From: a virus
Reading direction: 5' to 3' (one strand)
Length of the DNA stretch: 57,405 nt
Virus record (IMG/VR): IMGVR_UViG_3300045988_073597
Coordinates: 1-57,405 of that record
Part shown: positions 8,860-16,592 of the stretch, piece after piece
How the letters are laid out: the number at the start of each line of letters is the position of its first letter
Numbering within the stretch: position 1 is the first letter of the stretch
Position numbers and translations under genes: made by a program
Notes under the pieces: generated by a model
The model's database searches: none
Told to the model about the DNA's origin: nothing
The model's input: the letters and a program-made list of their open reading frames with translations, nothing else

Positions 8860-9612
8860 TTACTCACCTTTCATAAAATCCGGCATAGAGTTCTCTGGTT
8901 CTGCTGCCACAACTTCTGCATCAGCTTCAACAAATTCAACGCTGTTTGCATTTTTGGAAATGTCGTTCTGCACCTGTGCCTGCAATTCATCCATAGAAGA
9001 ATATTCTTTGAAGTCGTTATCCTGCATTTCCTCTCTTGTATACAATCCCATTGTCAACTCTGGGCAGTTAAGGCTTGAGAAGAATGATGCGGCTCTGTAT
9101 CTAAGCATAAGCTGTGGCATTGTTTTCCACTTGCTACCGTTTTTTCCAAGCCATCCCTCCGCTTTTGCCATATCCATGTCAACGGTCATGCCCTCTACTT
9201 TTCTGCCGTTTTTCGTAGTCCAGGCAAGGCAAGAATACGGTTTGCCGGAGTTATCTTTCTTTTCCTCGAACTGCAATTCCATGTCGAATTTTCCAGAATT
9301 ATTAATTGCTGCAATCAGAAATTTTGAACTCCATGACGGTCTACCCTGAATCACATAAAGATTCTGCATAACCATCAAAGGACTTACTTTAAGTCTCTGT
9401 GCCTGTTCAATGGCGATCAGACAGTTTGCATCATTCTTCTGGAAGGTAGATGGTACGATCGTTGAACTCGAAAGTGCTTTTGCCATCTGCATCGCCATAA
9501 TAAAGTTGTCTGATGTGCCAAAGATGCCAAGACTATAATCGGTTACTTTGTTATTATGTGCTGCCACTTCTTTTTTTTCTTCATTTACTGCCACTGCTGT
9601 GTTTTCTGCCAT
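8860..9612 (-). CDS. recT: RecT-family single-strand annealing recombinase
   Basis: QRLKVSPLMVMQNLYVIQGRPSWSSKFLIAAINNSGKF...MPQLMLRYRAASFF is typical of RecT. Confidence 0.85.
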   Translation of the reverse strand: MAENTAVAVNEEKKEVAAHNNKVTDYSLGIFGTSDNFIMAMQMAKALSSSTIVPSTFQKNDANCLIAIEQAQRLKVSPLMVMQNLYVIQGRPSWSSKFLIAAINNSGKFDMELQFEEKKDNSGKPYSCLAWTTKNGRKVEGMTVDMDMAKAEGWLGKNGSKWKTMPQLMLRYRAASFFSSLNCPELTMGLYTREEMQDNDFKEYSSMDELQAQVQNDISKNANSVEFVEADAEVVAAEPENSMPDFMKGE

Positions 9613-10136
9613 TATTTCATACCTCCGATTGTGATGTTAATTAATAAATGCAATGCTTCATTTTCTGTAAATCCTGCATCAACAAAAGATTTATAAAGTT
9701 TGTATACTTCTTTTGCTGCATCATTAATGCTATTATCTGCTTTTGGCTCTGAACTGGTTAACCGTTCAAATGCCAATCTGGCACCAATGTTGAAATCAAA
9801 TTTATCTTCCGGATTACAACGTGCAATGGCTTTCTTTCCTGTCGATTTATCAAGTGCAATCACCTGTCTATCTTTTTTGTAAATAACGATGGTTTCTGGT
9901 GCTATCTTTTCAATATTAGCTTTGTTCACATATAAGCACTGTTTGCCAGAAAGATGCGTTCCATCAATATCCTTGTCGTACATAGTTCCATTACCGCCAT
10001 CATGGAAGTCATCAAATTTTACTAAACAGTCAGTTTTGTATTCGAATATGACGGTGCCAGGTTTACCCTTAATATCGTATGTTGTTAAAAAATCGTCTTT
10101 AACTTTCACTCTGTCTCCGATTTTAAATTTGCTCAT
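9612..10136 (-). CDS. Hypothetical protein directly downstream of the RT
   Basis: ATG at 10136 (MSKFKIGDRVKVKDD...) preceded by GGAGGTAC; overlaps the RT stop by 14 nt. Confidence 0.6.
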   Translation of the reverse strand: MSKFKIGDRVKVKDDFLTTYDIKGKPGTVIFEYKTDCLVKFDDFHDGGNGTMYDKDIDGTHLSGKQCLYVNKANIEKIAPETIVIYKKDRQVIALDKSTGKKAIARCNPEDKFDFNIGARLAFERLTSSEPKADNSINDAAKEVYKLYKSFVDAGFTENEALHLLINITIGGMK

Positions 10137-11154
10137 GTTTGAGTACCTCCTTAACATATAAATCCATTGAATGACATAATTTAATGCAATTACCATGCAT
10201 TGCATGATTTTTCCAAGCATTATATTTTTCATAAAATTTTTGCTCTGACATTTTGTCAGAATTGACAAGTTTCGCCCAAACTCTAATCTTTTTTCGTATT
10301 CTTCTTTTGTTTACGCCATTCAATTTTCTTATGTATTTTCCGTCTTTTGTTATGTAATGATGAAAACCTGTAAATAACAGTCCGTTTTTAAATGGAATTA
10401 TTTGTGTCTTACCGTTAAGCGATAAACAAAGGCTATTCACGAATTGTTTTATACATTCAAGACACCACTTTAAATATTCCTTATCGTGATGAATTAAATA
10501 GAAATCATCCATGTATCTTCCATATAGTTCTATGCCTAATTCGCCAGTCGTAAAGTGATCTAATCCATTCAGAATAAGCAATGCATATACCTGTGCGGCC
10601 TGATTACCAAGTGGAAGCCCAATACCATCCGTGCTGTCAATTAACAAATGATTTAACCATTGCGTATAATCATCTTGGAAATAATAATCAACAACATCTT
10701 TTAAAATATCGTGATCTATTTGATAGAAAAATTTTGTAATATCACATTTTAAAATCCAGCCATCAATTCCATGTTGATTATAAAAATCCAACATTTGCTC
10801 TTTTAAACAATCCATTCCAAAATGTGTACCTTTTCCTATCTGCCCGGCATAATTAGTTCGAATAAATTCATTTGCTAATTTTAGATGCAACAAATTATCG
10901 CATAAGCAATGCTGTACCACTTTATCTTTAAATGAGCAGGACTTAATCACTCTTTCTTTAGGCTCATATACCTTAAATTCATTGTACGGATTCATCCGGT
11001 AAGTCTGATTTTCAAGCTGCTCTTTCAAAATGTGTAATCCCTCAAGATTCATTGTTTGAAATTTAGCACTGCTGCCATTAAATCCTTTGCCTGCTTTAGC
11101 TTTCTTATAAGCTTTATACAGGTTTCCAAAATCACATATAATATCTTTATCCAT
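10123..11154 (-). CDS. DGR reverse transcriptase
   Basis: YMDD box (YGRYMDDFYLI), LPLGNQAAQ motif, N-terminal NLYKAYKKAKAGKG; adjacent TR and avd. ATG at 11154 is preferred over the GTG at 11199. Confidence 0.9.
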   Translation of the reverse strand: MDKDIICDFGNLYKAYKKAKAGKGFNGSSAKFQTMNLEGLHILKEQLENQTYRMNPYNEFKVYEPKERVIKSCSFKDKVVQHCLCDNLLHLKLANEFIRTNYAGQIGKGTHFGMDCLKEQMLDFYNQHGIDGWILKCDITKFFYQIDHDILKDVVDYYFQDDYTQWLNHLLIDSTDGIGLPLGNQAAQVYALLILNGLDHFTTGELGIELYGRYMDDFYLIHHDKEYLKWCLECIKQFVNSLCLSLNGKTQIIPFKNGLLFTGFHHYITKDGKYIRKLNGVNKRRIRKKIRVWAKLVNSDKMSEQKFYEKYNAWKNHAMHGNCIKLCHSMDLYVKEVLKHEQI

Positions 11155-11262
11155 TGTAAAAAATCCTTTGTATTTATCCTTTTCGGAATGGTCATGCACT
11201 TTTTTGTATCTTTTTCTGATTTCGGCTTATTGCCTACTCTTACTACCTGTATGATACAGAAT

Positions 11263-11326
11263 GGGCGAACACCGTTGTTGTTGTTACAGTTGTTGTTGTT
11301 GATATTGCCGGACGGAGAAACAACGG
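11263..11326 (-). repeat. DGR template repeat (TR)
   Basis: In coding orientation it reads ccgttgtttctccgtccggc-AAT ATC (AAC)4 TGT (AAC)4-ggtgttcgccc. It matches three VRs, differing only at TR adenines, and is non-coding between avd and the RT. Confidence 0.9.
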
Positions 11327-11351
11327 TTTATACAGTACATAACCAGTAAAA

Positions 11352-11723
11352 TTATCTGCTTTTATCTTTCGTTCTCCAAGCAATCGCCATATGCTTGATA
11401 TCCGAAACCATTTTTGACCAATATTCCATACTTCTTGTGTTGATAATATTCAGTTTCATTGATAACTCAATGTAAAACAGAAGTTCATCACAGTGAGTTA
11501 TGGCTTTAGTCTGTAATTCTGACCGCTCTCTCCGGTAATACTTCAAATCGGTTCGATTTGCTTCATACAGATATTCATAGATTTCAAGTGCCTTATTCTG
11601 CATTTTGTCTACCAGTGAAAATCTGTATTTCTTTGGATATCTATTGCAATTTGAAGTTACACGCAATGTATGTTCTGCCAGATCTTTTGCTTTCAAAATT
11701 ACTTTTAAGTCTGATTCGGCCAT
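11352..11723 (-). CDS. avd: DGR accessory variability determinant (Avd, four-helix-bundle family)
   Basis: 123-aa basic helical protein (LAEHTLRVTSNCNRYPKKYRFSLVDKMQNKALEIYEYLYEANR) placed between the target genes and the TR. Confidence 0.75.
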   Translation of the reverse strand: MAESDLKVILKAKDLAEHTLRVTSNCNRYPKKYRFSLVDKMQNKALEIYEYLYEANRTDLKYYRRERSELQTKAITHCDELLFYIELSMKLNIINTRSMEYWSKMVSDIKHMAIAWRTKDKSR

Positions 11724-11727
11724 TTAC

Positions 11728-12324
11728 TTATTCCTCTGATTCAAAGATTGAAGATGAAAAGATACAAACCGGGCGAACACCGCGGTTGCGGTCACAGAAG
11801 TTGAAGCAGATAAGGCCGGACGGAGAAACAACGGCGACTGTCGATTTATAATTATTGCAAGGTGTGCTCCACGGTGTAATGAGCCACCACCATTCATCAG
11901 TATTCGGAATGAATTTTCTGTATTTTCGGTATTCGTCAACCGTCAAAAGAGATACAAAATCATCTGTTTCTCCATACTCCGTCTGTCCATCGAGTGATAA
12001 TAAATTTCTTTTGGAAGAAATTATATTCTCTCTTCCGACTTCTCTGGCGATTTTTTCATAAAACTCATTATTCAGATATTCTCTCAAGCTGCTTTCATTC
12101 CAGTCACTTGAGTTTTCATCAAACTTTTTATCTCCTAATGAGTCACCAATGCACATATATCCAGCATCCGTAATATCAAGGATTTTCCAGTTTATGTCTG
12201 CAAGTTCAAATTCATCTCCGATTTTTAATCCTTTCGGAATATGTATCACACCTATCTTTTTCTCAAGTGCTTTAACTCTGCCGAACAATTCTGAAATATC
12301 ATTTTCTGTAATTTTCTTTCCCAT
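11728..12324 (-). CDS. DGR variable protein 1 (DUF6273/DUF1566-like, C-type-lectin-like C-terminus)
   Basis: WWWLITPWS...VVSPSG[variable]GVRPVCIF; VR1 lies 43 nt from the stop. Confidence 0.85.
   Translation of the reverse strand: MGKKITENDISELFGRVKALEKKIGVIHIPKGLKIGDEFELADINWKILDITDAGYMCIGDSLGDKKFDENSSDWNESSLREYLNNEFYEKIAREVGRENIISSKRNLLSLDGQTEYGETDDFVSLLTVDEYRKYRKFIPNTDEWWWLITPWSTPCNNYKSTVAVVSPSGLICFNFCDRNRGVRPVCIFSSSIFESEE
11771..11834 (-). repeat. DGR variable repeat VR1
   Basis: 64 nt aligned to the TR without gaps; 13 differences, all at TR adenine positions. Confidence 0.9.
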
Positions 12325-12326
12325 GA

Positions 12327-12926
12327 TTACTTATCCCCTTTCGATACAAAGATATTAGATTTTAAGATACAAACCGGGCGAACACCGCTGCTGCCGTTAC
12401 AGTTGAAGCAGATAAGGCCGGACGGAGAAACAACGGCGACTGTCGATTTATAATTATTGCAAGGTGTGCTCCACGGTGTAATGAGCCACCACCATTCATC
12501 AGTATTCGGAATGAATTTTCTGTATTTTCGGTATTCGTCAACCGTCAAAAGAGATACAAAATCATCTGTTTCTCCATACTCCGTCTGTCCATCGAGTGAT
12601 AATAAATTTCTTTTGGAAGAAATTATATTCTCTCTTCCGACTTCTCTGGCGATTTTTTCATAAAACTCATTATTCAGATATTCTCTCAAGCTGCTTTCAT
12701 TCCAGTCACTTGAGTTTTCATCAAACTTTTTATCTCCTAATGAGTCACCAATGCACATATATCCAGCATCCGTAATATCAAGGATTTTCCAGTTTATGTC
12801 TGCAAGTTCAAATTCATCTCCGATTTTTAATCCTTTCGGAATATGTATCACACCTATCTTTTTCTCAAGTGCTTTAACTCTGCCGAACAATTCTGAAATA
12901 TCATTTTCTGTAATTTTCTTTCCCAT
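12327..12926 (-). CDS. DGR variable protein 2 (paralog; first 172 aa identical to protein 1)
   Basis: Same N-terminal 172 aa as 11728-12324; differs in the VR; its tail is identical to that of protein 3. Confidence 0.85.
   Translation of the reverse strand: MGKKITENDISELFGRVKALEKKIGVIHIPKGLKIGDEFELADINWKILDITDAGYMCIGDSLGDKKFDENSSDWNESSLREYLNNEFYEKIAREVGRENIISSKRNLLSLDGQTEYGETDDFVSLLTVDEYRKYRKFIPNTDEWWWLITPWSTPCNNYKSTVAVVSPSGLICFNCNGSSGVRPVCILKSNIFVSKGDK
12376..12436 (-). repeat. DGR variable repeat VR2 (one codon shorter than the TR)
   Basis: 61 nt; 10 substitutions, all at TR adenines, plus a 3-nt gap next to the invariant TGT codon. Confidence 0.85.
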
Positions 12927-12928
12927 GA

Positions 12929-13531
12929 TTACTTATCCCCTTTCGATACAAAGATATTAGATTTTAAGATACAAACCGGGCGAACACCGTTGAAGTTGAA
13001 ACAGCTGAAGCAGTTGACATCGCCGGACGGAGAAACAACGGACATGCTATACTTTAATCCTCTATCAGCAGTAGACCACGGTGTGCATGTCCACCACCAA
13101 TCATCCAGATCTTTGTTTACAATCAAATTGTTGAATCTTATAACCAAGCCAAAATTCGGCGGCATAACTTTGGCTCTACAAGGCTCAAATTCTTTCTGGT
13201 TATCAACAGAAAGAAGACTATTATCGTATTCAACAAGATTTTCAACCCCAACCTCAGATTCAATAACAGGCTGGATGCATTTTTCGATAACCTTTTTCAG
13301 ATTCGATTTATTGTAGTCTCGTGTATCTTCATCAAACACGACATTTTCCGCCATAAATCCTTTTGAGATCACGGTTGTCGTATCAAAATCATGTTTAAGA
13401 ACAATAAAATCATGTTCGCCGATTTTAAATACATCGCCTGGATCAAGTTCTGAAAGTCTGACCTTTTTTGCGTTTTCTGCTTCTTCAAGTCGTTTAACCA
13501 ATTCTCTTGCAAGTTCTAACTCTTTACTCAT
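12929..13531 (-). CDS. DGR variable protein 3 (diverged paralog)
   Basis: DDWWWTCTPWS...VVSPSG[variable]GVRPVCILKSNIFVSKGDK; ATG at 13531 preceded by GAGGG. Confidence 0.85.
   Translation of the reverse strand: MSKELELARELVKRLEEAENAKKVRLSELDPGDVFKIGEHDFIVLKHDFDTTTVISKGFMAENVVFDEDTRDYNKSNLKKVIEKCIQPVIESEVGVENLVEYDNSLLSVDNQKEFEPCRAKVMPPNFGLVIRFNNLIVNKDLDDWWWTCTPWSTADRGLKYSMSVVSPSGDVNCFSCFNFNGVRPVCILKSNIFVSKGDK
12978..13041 (-). repeat. DGR variable repeat VR3
   Basis: 64 nt; 11 differences from the TR, all at TR adenines. Confidence 0.9.
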
Positions 13532-13532
13532 T

Positions 13533-14075
13533 TTATTTTCCCTCACTTTTCTCAAATATTTTTAACTGTTCTGCCAGTTTTTTACATTCATCAGAAACAT
13601 ACTGTTCTGTTCTGACGACCTCGTCATTGGCCGGATATTTTCTTTCAATATCAATCTGTATTAAAAGCGGTATCCTGTATTTATGAAATGTCTTGCAGGC
13701 AAGTTCCAACTCTTTTCCGTCACCATAATGCCCGCAGTCAAAACCGAACCACCACAGATCACTTTTGATTGGATATTCTGAGTTTTCCCCACCATCAGAA
13801 TATGTAATTCCACCATGCACTTGAAAAAATGCTTCAATGCGAACTCTTTCATCTGAATCAAGAAGCATACCTAATAGTGGAAAAATACCGCTTACTTCTC
13901 TATCTTCAATGTCTCTTTTGTTGATTTCGAGATAATCACTGTACTTTTTGCCATATAATGGATGGCTTTTGTGAACTCCTACATATCCGCACCGATAACC
14001 ATATGCACCGAAAATAACAACACATTTATATCCATCATGTTCAAATTCATTTTCTACAATATATCTATCGCCCAT
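13533..14075 (-). CDS. Hypothetical protein
   Basis: 180-aa ORF, translationally coupled to the upstream ATPase gene. Confidence 0.6.
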   Translation of the reverse strand: MGDRYIVENEFEHDGYKCVVIFGAYGYRCGYVGVHKSHPLYGKKYSDYLEINKRDIEDREVSGIFPLLGMLLDSDERVRIEAFFQVHGGITYSDGGENSEYPIKSDLWWFGFDCGHYGDGKELELACKTFHKYRIPLLIQIDIERKYPANDEVVRTEQYVSDECKKLAEQLKIFEKSEGK

Positions 14076-14076
14076 A

Positions 14077-16002
14077 TCATCCCTCCAATACAGACAATTT
14101 GTTGCCGTCTGTTACTTCAAGCATGATTAGCTGGCAACAAACAGATTTTGAAACCCGTTCTTTGTTGCTAACATCCAATGATTCAGAATCATCCAGAAAC
14201 ACAGGCACGGATAAATCATTGATTTTCTGAATCGAATTGCAAATATCAACCTTTCCGATGATCTGATTTCCTTTATTGCTCATTGTTGAAATAATTGATT
14301 TTCCATCAATAGCAGGTATGCATACTGATTTGTAACCACCAGATTTATTCACTTCAAACAGCTGCCACTGAACGGTTTCAAAATGTTTGTTTATTTCGGC
14401 AGATAACTTCTGATTTTTAGCCTTTTCCAGTTCGCCAAGCAAATAAAGAATCTTTTCTGCATCTGATTTTTTTTGCTCCATATCAATTCTACGATCACGG
14501 AGTTCTTCAAGACGCTGCTCGTCTGCGGATGTGTCGGACTTTGAAATCTGGCTTTCACATTCAGACAATTTTCTGCGTATCTCATTTTCTTCCAGCTTCA
14601 ATTGACCACGCATGTCATCAACTTTCATTGATTTCTGCATTTCTGCTTCTTTTTCATCAATCTCAGCAGACAGTTTTTTGTATTCATCTGTATCTGAAAT
14701 ATCAACAAGTTTCGGGATTGCATCTAACTGCTTGTGATATTCGTCCAGTTTTGAAAGCACTGAATTGAGCTTTTTCATATTCTCTTCTGCCACAGATTCA
14801 AGTTCTGCAAGAACTGGTTTTGATTTCTCAATTTCCTCTCTTAACGCAGTTCCTTTTGCTTCGATTTCACAAAGCCGTTTCTTCTTGCTTTCCGCAAACT
14901 CTGAAACAAGGCGTTTAATTTCTTCGTCTGGCAAGTCTCTGTGGCATGTCGGACAAATGGTTGAGTTATAATCGAATTTTTCATTGTTGACAGCTACCCA
15001 CTTCTTTGCCAACAGTTCTCTGGCAGAATCTTTTTCACTGATCTCTGACTTAATCCGGTCAACAGCAACTCCATTTTTTCTGATTTCCTCATGGATAGAA
15101 TCTACAAATGCGTTTGCATCGTTGATTTTGTGCTGCATCTCACGGATTTTATTCAAATTCGCGTCATTAGCTTGTGTCTGTAATCCGCTCAGCTGAAATT
15201 TCAGTTCCAAAATCCCATCTGCTTTTTTCTGGATATCTTTTTCCAGTGCTTCTGCATCTGTCTGCTTCTTGACGTTACAAGCCAACTGCTCAGACAGCGT
15301 ATTTTTCAGAAGTTCCAGTTCTGCCACATCAACGTCTGATTTCAACTGAATGTCACGCTGTTTTTCTTTGATTTGCCCGTCAATGACAGGCAAATCCTTT
15401 TCGATTTTTGATTTTGTTGCCTTATTCATGGCAGTTAATTCATCATCAGAATATTTTTCAAGCAAACCTGTAATCGCAGAAAGTTCAGCATTTTCTTTTG
15501 CCACGTCCAGATCATTGACATTTTCAACCAGTCCAAACAGATAGCTTCTCATATCTGCTGTTTTCTGATTAAGAAATGCTCCCGGACTGCTGCACATTTT
15601 CAACAAATTCATATCGATCTCAAAATACTCATTAAATGCTTTGAGAGTTTTTGGAACTTCGTTGATGAAATATGTGTTGTCATCTGAATATCCGACACCA
15701 TCTTTTTTGTATTTGCGTTTCTGGACCTTTCTGGCAGTCACTTCCTTACCATCAATATCCAATACGGCAGTAACCGAAACGTCCATGTCGTCTACTGACT
15801 TACCACCAACAACTCTTCGTACTGCCGGATTATCCTTTAACTGGTAATCACATCCGAACATCAGCCATGTATAGGCTGTGGCAATAGTTGATTTACCGAT
15901 TCCGTTTCTACCGGCCACTACTGTTCTGTTGAAAAAATCAAACTCGGCATGTGGGTATGCCATGAAGTTATCAACAATGAGTTTTCTCAATACAATTTTC
16001 AT
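14077..16002 (-). CDS. Rad50/SbcC-like AAA ATPase with coiled coil and CxxC zinc hook
   Basis: Walker A GRNGIGKST; long coiled-coil middle with CPTC at its centre; C-terminal VFLDDSESLD Walker B/D-loop. Confidence 0.75.
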   Translation of the reverse strand: MKIVLRKLIVDNFMAYPHAEFDFFNRTVVAGRNGIGKSTIATAYTWLMFGCDYQLKDNPAVRRVVGGKSVDDMDVSVTAVLDIDGKEVTARKVQKRKYKKDGVGYSDDNTYFINEVPKTLKAFNEYFEIDMNLLKMCSSPGAFLNQKTADMRSYLFGLVENVNDLDVAKENAELSAITGLLEKYSDDELTAMNKATKSKIEKDLPVIDGQIKEKQRDIQLKSDVDVAELELLKNTLSEQLACNVKKQTDAEALEKDIQKKADGILELKFQLSGLQTQANDANLNKIREMQHKINDANAFVDSIHEEIRKNGVAVDRIKSEISEKDSARELLAKKWVAVNNEKFDYNSTICPTCHRDLPDEEIKRLVSEFAESKKKRLCEIEAKGTALREEIEKSKPVLAELESVAEENMKKLNSVLSKLDEYHKQLDAIPKLVDISDTDEYKKLSAEIDEKEAEMQKSMKVDDMRGQLKLEENEIRRKLSECESQISKSDTSADEQRLEELRDRRIDMEQKKSDAEKILYLLGELEKAKNQKLSAEINKHFETVQWQLFEVNKSGGYKSVCIPAIDGKSIISTMSNKGNQIIGKVDICNSIQKINDLSVPVFLDDSESLDVSNKERVSKSVCCQLIMLEVTDGNKLSVLEG

Positions 16003-16004
16003 TT

Positions 16005-16250
16005 TTATCCCCTTTCAACTAAAATATCTACACGAAGCATCGTGTCTAACACTTCTAACATGTGTTCTCTTGCTGTTTTTTCAAACAGGTCTAAGAAATC
16101 AACATTATCCATCTCATGCAAGCTAACGGCACTTCTCAATGCTGTCCGTGTTTCTGATGGCAGATCACCACGGCGAACGCTTGCTTCATATGAACCAAAA
16201 ATCTTTGATTTTTTGATTTCATCTCTAAGTTCTGTAAATGCTGTTCCCAT
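16005..16250 (-). CDS. Hypothetical protein
   Basis: 81-aa ORF. Confidence 0.55.
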   Translation of the reverse strand: MGTAFTELRDEIKKSKIFGSYEASVRRGDLPSETRTALRSAVSLHEMDNVDFLDLFEKTAREHMLEVLDTMLRVDILVERG

Positions 16251-16369
16251 TATTCGCCTGCACCTACAATTCCTGTAATTTTTCCATCCTCAATTACGAA
16301 CGTTTTTCCGAATACGTTGAGAAACTGTAACTCAACTAGCATTAACTCATTTGGATTTGTTACTATCAT
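16250..16369 (-). CDS. Small hypothetical protein (39 aa)
   Basis: Hand-translated MIVTNPNELMLVELQFLNVFGK...; GGAGGG RBS; overlapping TAATG and ATGA junctions. Confidence 0.35.
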   Translation of the reverse strand: MIVTNPNELMLVELQFLNVFGKTFVIEDGKITGIVGAGE

Positions 16370-16539
16370 CTGTATTTCCCTCCTGCATATTTATCTATAC
16401 GTCTGGATTTTCCGGTTGATTTATGTACTACGACCAGATAAAATTCTGTTTCTTTCTCAAGCATGTAGTTGTCCGCTACAAGTCCTTGTGCCGAAAGAAT
16501 CACTTTCTGGTCTCTAGTGAGCCTTTTCGGTTGCTTCAT
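16366..16539 (-). CDS. Small hypothetical protein (57 aa)
   Basis: Hand-translated MKQPKRLTRDQKVILSAQGL...; GGAG RBS. Confidence 0.4.
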   Translation of the reverse strand: MKQPKRLTRDQKVILSAQGLVADNYMLEKETEFYLVVVHKSTGKSRRIDKYAGGKYR

Positions 16540-16592
16540 TTTCCTATCACTCCTTTTTATGGTATAATCCTCTAAAAAGCGGAGGATTACTT

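Noticed and set aside
10123-11199. The reverse transcriptase could have been a retron or group II intron RT
   Set aside because: It is immediately preceded by an Avd-type gene and a non-coding repeat that matches three downstream gene ends, with adenine-only mismatches. No msr/msd-like inverted repeats or intron domain V/VI structures were seen, so the DGR interpretation fits better.
11056-11939. Track ORFs 11056-11349 (+), 11558-11851 (+) and 11724-11939 (-) crossing the TR or VR1
   Set aside because: They overlap the non-coding TR or the opposite strand or alternative frame of avd and target 1. Their open frames arise from the GTT/AAC repeat structure.
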